A stretch of DNA of 64,000 nt from the NCBI GenBank assembly GCA_030584185.1, contig CP129495.1, positions 1,469,469 to 1,533,468 of the forward strand, in the 5' to 3' direction. This document shows positions 60,649 to 64,000 of the stretch, one piece after another. Positions within the stretch are counted from its first letter, which is position 1. Every line of letters starts with the position of its first letter. The translations under genes and the position numbers were made by a program. Origin of the DNA: Acidimicrobiia bacterium (GTDB lineage: Bacteria; Actinomycetota; Acidimicrobiia; Spongiisociales; UBA11373). A model generated the notes under the pieces. The model was not told where the DNA came from, ran no database searches, and worked only from the letters and a program-made list of their open reading frames with translations.

Positions 60649-61614
60649 TCATGCGGGGAGACCCTCGTCGCCGAGGAGCTCCGCGAAGTAGCTCGTGTAC
60701 TTGAGGCCGGAGTCGGGGGAGACCCCGACGGCCACCCCCTTGCCGGCCACCCGGGTGGCGGCATGGACGATCGCCCCGGTGGACGGCCCCACCATCAGCC
60801 CCTGCTCCCGCCACAGGCGCAAGGTGGTGGAGTAGGCGGCCTCGTCGTCGACCAGGATCACCTCGTCGACCAGGCTGCGGTCCAGGATCCCGGGCTCGCT
60901 CGCCTCGGCGAAGCTCTTCAGCCCGGGGAGCCGGTGACCCTTCTGCGGCTCTATGGCCACCACCCGGATCGATGGGTCCTGCTCCTTCAGGTACCGCCCC
61001 ACCCCGGTGATGGTCCCGCAGGTTCCGAAGCCGGCCAGGAACACCCGCACCTCGCCTTCGGTCTGCCGCCAGATCTCCGGGCCGGTGGTCTCGTAGTGGG
61101 CGCGCACGTTGTCCGGGTTCTCGTACTGGTTGGGCATGGCGAAACGGGTCCCGCCCTCGGATGCGGCCAGTGACCTGGCCAGGGCGATCGCCCCGTCCTT
61201 GGGATGGTCGACCGGGCACAGGTCGTCGGGCGTGGCCCACACCTCGGCGCCGAGCATCCGCAGCATGATCTGCTTCTCCATCGGCACCCCGTCGGGGATG
61301 GTCACCGTCAGGCGGATTCCCCGCCGCGCCGCCAGGGCGGCCAGAGCGATGGCGGTGTTGCCCGAGGACGGCTCCACCAGCTCCCGACCCGCCAGCTCGC
61401 CACGCTCCTCCATCCCCCGGAGCATGTAGGCGGCGGTGCGGTCCTTGATCGATCCGAACGGGCTCATCCACTCCAGCTTGAGGTGCAGGTCGAGCGTCGC
61501 GTCGATCGGCACCCGCACCAGGGGCGTCGGCTCGTCCCGGCCGGGGAGCAGATCCTCGATCGTCTCGTATCTTCGGACCGTTCGGTCCGTTCCCAACGCC
61601 GTGGTGGTGGTCAT
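60649..61614 (-). CDS. PLP-dependent cysteine synthase family protein (CysM/CysK-like)
   Basis: It has the PLP-lysine motif SIKDR, the glycine loop GTCGTITG, and a fold-type II pattern throughout. It is 321 aa. An RBS GGAGAGG precedes the ATG. Confidence 0.9.
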   Translation of the reverse strand: MTTTTALGTDRTVRRYETIEDLLPGRDEPTPLVRVPIDATLDLHLKLEWMSPFGSIKDRTAAYMLRGMEERGELAGRELVEPSSGNTAIALAALAARRGIRLTVTIPDGVPMEKQIMLRMLGAEVWATPDDLCPVDHPKDGAIALARSLAASEGGTRFAMPNQYENPDNVRAHYETTGPEIWRQTEGEVRVFLAGFGTCGTITGVGRYLKEQDPSIRVVAIEPQKGHRLPGLKSFAEASEPGILDRSLVDEVILVDDEAAYSTTLRLWREQGLMVGPSTGAIVHAATRVAGKGVAVGVSPDSGLKYTSYFAELLGDEGLPA

Positions 61615-61628
61615 GTACTTCCTCTCCA

Positions 61629-61666
61629 GAAAAGAAAAAACCCGCTCCGGTTGCCCGGTGCGGGTT
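61629..61666 (-). terminator. Strong intrinsic terminator hairpin in the 5' leader of the cysM-like gene (candidate attenuator/riboswitch expression platform)
   Basis: The minus-strand RNA reads AACCCGCACCGG-GCAA-CCGGAGCGGGUU, an 11-bp stem with a GNRA loop, followed by UUUUUUCUUUUCU. It ends ~25 nt before the start codon, leaving room only for the RBS. Confidence 0.5.
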
Positions 61667-61852
61667 GGATTCGGCTCTGTCGTCCCGTTCTAGGTGGACA
61701 CGCCCTTCCGCCCGTCACCGGGGTGGCAACAGGCGCAACAGCAGACGGCTGCGGTGAGGTTCGGCATGTTCACGGAGGGCAACTGTAGGGGGTGCCGGCG
61801 CGTGGTCAAGGGGGATTCCTGGTGGCGGGCTAGCCTCGCCGCGGTGCGCCGC

Positions 61853-62101
61853 TCACCCGAAGGTGGTTTCGAGGATTCCCGTCACCTCGGGCACGATCTC
61901 GTCCCAGAACGCCTCGGGCATCTTGGAGACGGTCACGAAGTCGGCAGTCATGAACACCGAGGCGACGCCGGGCACGGAGAGCAGCGGTCCGGCCACGGGG
62001 TCGTCCGACTGTCCGACGAACGACCTGGGGGCGTCGAACATGGTGCCCACGGTGAACTTGAGGGCGTTCGGGTTGGGCGTCTGGCTGATGATCACCGGCA
62101 T
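61853..62101 (-). CDS. Nfu/NifU N-terminal-domain-like small protein
   Basis: It is an 82-aa ORF, and MPVIISQTPNPNALKF...ASVFMTADFVTVSK matches the Nfu_N domain pattern. Confidence 0.7.
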   Translation of the reverse strand: MPVIISQTPNPNALKFTVGTMFDAPRSFVGQSDDPVAGPLLSVPGVASVFMTADFVTVSKMPEAFWDEIVPEVTGILETTFG

Positions 62102-62145
62102 GGTGTGTCTCCCGGGGTGGGCCGGGGCATCGTAGTGGCGGGCCG

Positions 62146-64000
62146 ATGCCGGTAGGGGTCGACGTCGGCGGCACCTTCACCGACGTCGCCTTCTGGGACG
62201 GCGAGACCCTGATCGCCGCCAAGGTCCCGACCACCCCCGACCAGTCCGAAGGGGTGATGTCGGGGATCGCTGTCGCCGGTGCCACCGGCGCCGCACTCAT
62301 CCATGGCACCACGGCGGCGACCAACGCCGTCCTCGAGCGGGCCGGGGCCAGGGTGGCGTTCGTCGCCGACGAGGGTTTCGAAAACCTGATCGAGATCGGC
62401 CGGCAGGATCGCCCGTCGCTTTACGACACGGCGGTCACCCGACCCGAGCCGCTGGTCCCGGCGCAGATGCGCTTCGGTGCCCCCGGCCGGGCGGCGGCGG
62501 ACGATCCCGGTGTCGTCGGCGACCTCGACGCCCTGGTGGAGGCGGTTCGGGAGGCCGGACCGGAGGCGGTCGCAGTGTCGCTGCTGTTCGGCTTCGCCCA
62601 CCCCCAGCGGGAGCGCCGGGTGGCCGAGGCCCTCCGGGAGGCACTGGGGGAGGTTCCGGTTTCGCTTTCCTCCGATGTCGCCCCGGAGGTCCGGGAGTTC
62701 GAACGCGCCTCGACGACCATCCTCAACTCCTACGTGGCCCCGGCGACGTGGCGCTATCTGCGGCGGCTCGCCGATCTGGTGACGGCGGCCGGCGCCACTG
62801 CGGAGCCGATGGTGATGCGCAGCAGCGGCGGGCTGATCGGCATGGCGGAGGCGTCCCGCCTGCCCGCTTCGATCCTGCTCTCTGGACCCGCCGGCGGTGT
62901 GGTGGCGGCTGCGGCCCTGGGCGATGCGCTCGGCCTGGGGACCCTGATCTCGTTCGACATGGGCGGCACTTCCACCGACGTGTGCCGTATCGAAGGTGGC
63001 CGGCCCGGGGTCGCCTACCGGCGGGCCATGGCCGGGTACGCCTGCACGCTGCCCTCGGTGGCCATCCACACCGTCGGCGCCGGTGGCGGGAGCATCGGGT
63101 GGATCGACCCCGGCGGCGCACTCAGGGTGGGGCCGGCGAGCGCCGGGGCCGATCCGGGACCTGCGGCTTACGGGCGGGGCGGCACCCTGCCGACCGTGAC
63201 CGACGCCGACCTCCGGATCGGGCGCCTGGGAGCGGGCACCAGGCTCGCCGGAACCCTCGCCCTCGACGCCGCTGCCGCCACCCGGTCGCTGGATGCCGTG
63301 GGCGGGCTGCTCGGGATCGGCGCTTTGGAAGTGGCAGCGGGGATGGTCGAGGTGGTCGAAGCCCACATGGAGCGCGCCGTGCGCCGGGTGTCGGTGGAGG
63401 AGGGCGCCGATCCGAGAGGTGCCTCGCTGATGGCATTCGGTGGCGCCGGCGGGCTGCACGCCACCGCCCTGGCACGCCGGCTCGGCATGGGGTCGGTTGT
63501 GATCCCGCCGCACGCCGGGGTGTTCTCGGCACTCGGCCTGCTTCTCGCCCCGCCCCGAGTGGATCTGTCGCGCAGCGTGGTTCTCGACGGGATGGCCGGA
63601 CTCGATCAGGCGTTGGGCGAGATCGCCGACGCCGCCCGGAGAGCGCTGCCGTGCGCCCGGGTGGAGGCGTACGTCGACCTCCGCTACCGGGGGCAGTCGC
63701 ACGAGACGACCGTGGTGGCTTCGCTCGGGGAGAGCCGGGAGGCACTCCTCGAACGCTTCCATGAGGCGCATCAGCGGCTCAACGGATTCTCGATGCCCGG
63801 TGAGCCGGTGGAGGTGGTGACGGTGCGGGCGGAGGCGACCGGCACCCCGGCCCTCGACTGGGAGCGGATCCCTCCCCCGGTTCCCGAGGGTGAGGCGGCC
63901 GCCGGGTGGCGGACGGTGCTGCTGGACGGATCATCGGTGGAGGCGTCGGTGTGGCGCCGTCCGGGGCTCCGTCCGGGTGACGCCGTGGTCGGCCCGGCGG
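62146..64000 (+). CDS. Hydantoinase/oxoprolinase family protein, HyuA-like (N-methylhydantoinase A), 3' partial at the window end
   Basis: It is absent from the ORF track because no stop occurs before the end of the window. The ATG at 62146 gives MPVGVDVGGTFTDVAFWDGE... and later DMGGTSTD, which are typical of Hydantoinase_A. The frame stays open to 64000. Confidence 0.85.
   Translation, partial: MPVGVDVGGTFTDVAFWDGETLIAAKVPTTPDQSEGVMSGIAVAGATGAALIHGTTAATNAVLERAGARVAFVADEGFENLIEIGRQDRPSLYDTAVTRPEPLVPAQMRFGAPGRAAADDPGVVGDLDALVEAVREAGPEAVAVSLLFGFAHPQRERRVAEALREALGEVPVSLSSDVAPEVREFERASTTILNSYVAPATWRYLRRLADLVTAAGATAEPMVMRSSGGLIGMAEASRLPASILLSGPAGGVVAAAALGDALGLGTLISFDMGGTSTDVCRIEGGRPGVAYRRAMAGYACTLPSVAIHTVGAGGGSIGWIDPGGALRVGPASAGADPGPAAYGRGGTLPTVTDADLRIGRLGAGTRLAGTLALDAAAATRSLDAVGGLLGIGALEVAAGMVEVVEAHMERAVRRVSVEEGADPRGASLMAFGGAGGLHATALARRLGMGSVVIPPHAGVFSALGLLLAPPRVDLSRSVVLDGMAGLDQALGEIADAARRALPCARVEAYVDLRYRGQSHETTVVASLGESREALLERFHEAHQRLNGFSMPGEPVEVVTVRAEATGTPALDWERIPPPVPEGEAAAGWRTVLLDGSSVEASVWRRPGLRPGDAVVGPA

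Noticed and set aside
62092-63771. 559-aa minus-strand ORF and the 62748..63764 plus-strand ORF near the window end
   Set aside because: Both are out of frame with, or antisense to, the hydantoinase (HyuA-like) gene. That gene reads cleanly from 62146 to the window end and is missing from the track only because it has no stop.

Overview
This is a ~70% GC, densely coding chromosomal segment that reads as Actinomycetota: it has a WhiB-like regulator, mycothiol-type MDMPI/DinB-fold proteins, a GlnR-type OmpR regulator next to two glutamine synthetases, and NrtR-nadABC. I could support about 65 protein genes and one tRNA. I found no transposases, integrases, prophage genes or CRISPR arrays.

The genes recognised in the window are:
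- GGDEF-EAL c-di-GMP enzyme and a PspC/LiaF-like envelope-stress module.
- A phosphonate-type ABC transporter with unusual fused components.
- NrtR-nadA-nadB-nadC, dnaX-recR, glpX, thiolase, methylmalonyl-CoA epimerase and an orphan histidine kinase.
- ask-asd, tRNA-Pro(CGG), a CorC transporter with a receiver-only regulator, NfeD, WhiB, selB-selA, NUDIX and MBL hydrolases, two tandem M23 peptidases, mrp/erpA, RidA, an ALDH7-type dehydrogenase and an L,D-transpeptidase.
- argH-argG, chrA, a DASS-type transporter, GlnR-like/glnA2/glnA, a WecA-like GT4, a folate cluster (SDR-folB-folK::folE), DsrE-TusA-CysM-like, Nfu and a hydantoinase.

The items most worth a second look are:
- A translationally coupled operon of a PHP phosphoesterase, an N-extended QueC-like PP-loop/Zn-ribbon ATPase and a polysaccharide pyruvyl transferase, next to the orphan kinase.
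- The phosphonate-type ABC system, which has a two-domain substrate-binding protein (amino-acid-SBP fold plus PhnD fold) and a 683-aa duplicated PhnE permease.
- An in-frame FolK-FolE fusion.
- A ~240-nt leader ending in a strong terminator directly before the RBS of a CysM-like gene that is followed by TusA and DsrE, which suggests a riboswitch or attenuator.
- A ~260-bp repeat-rich insertion that duplicates the last 39 bp of the L,D-transpeptidase gene.
- An 11-bp-phased array of NNAAC pentamers resembling a GlnR box between the divergent glnA2 and glnA genes.

Many of the long ORFs in the six-frame track are antisense or read-through artefacts of the high GC content and were set aside.
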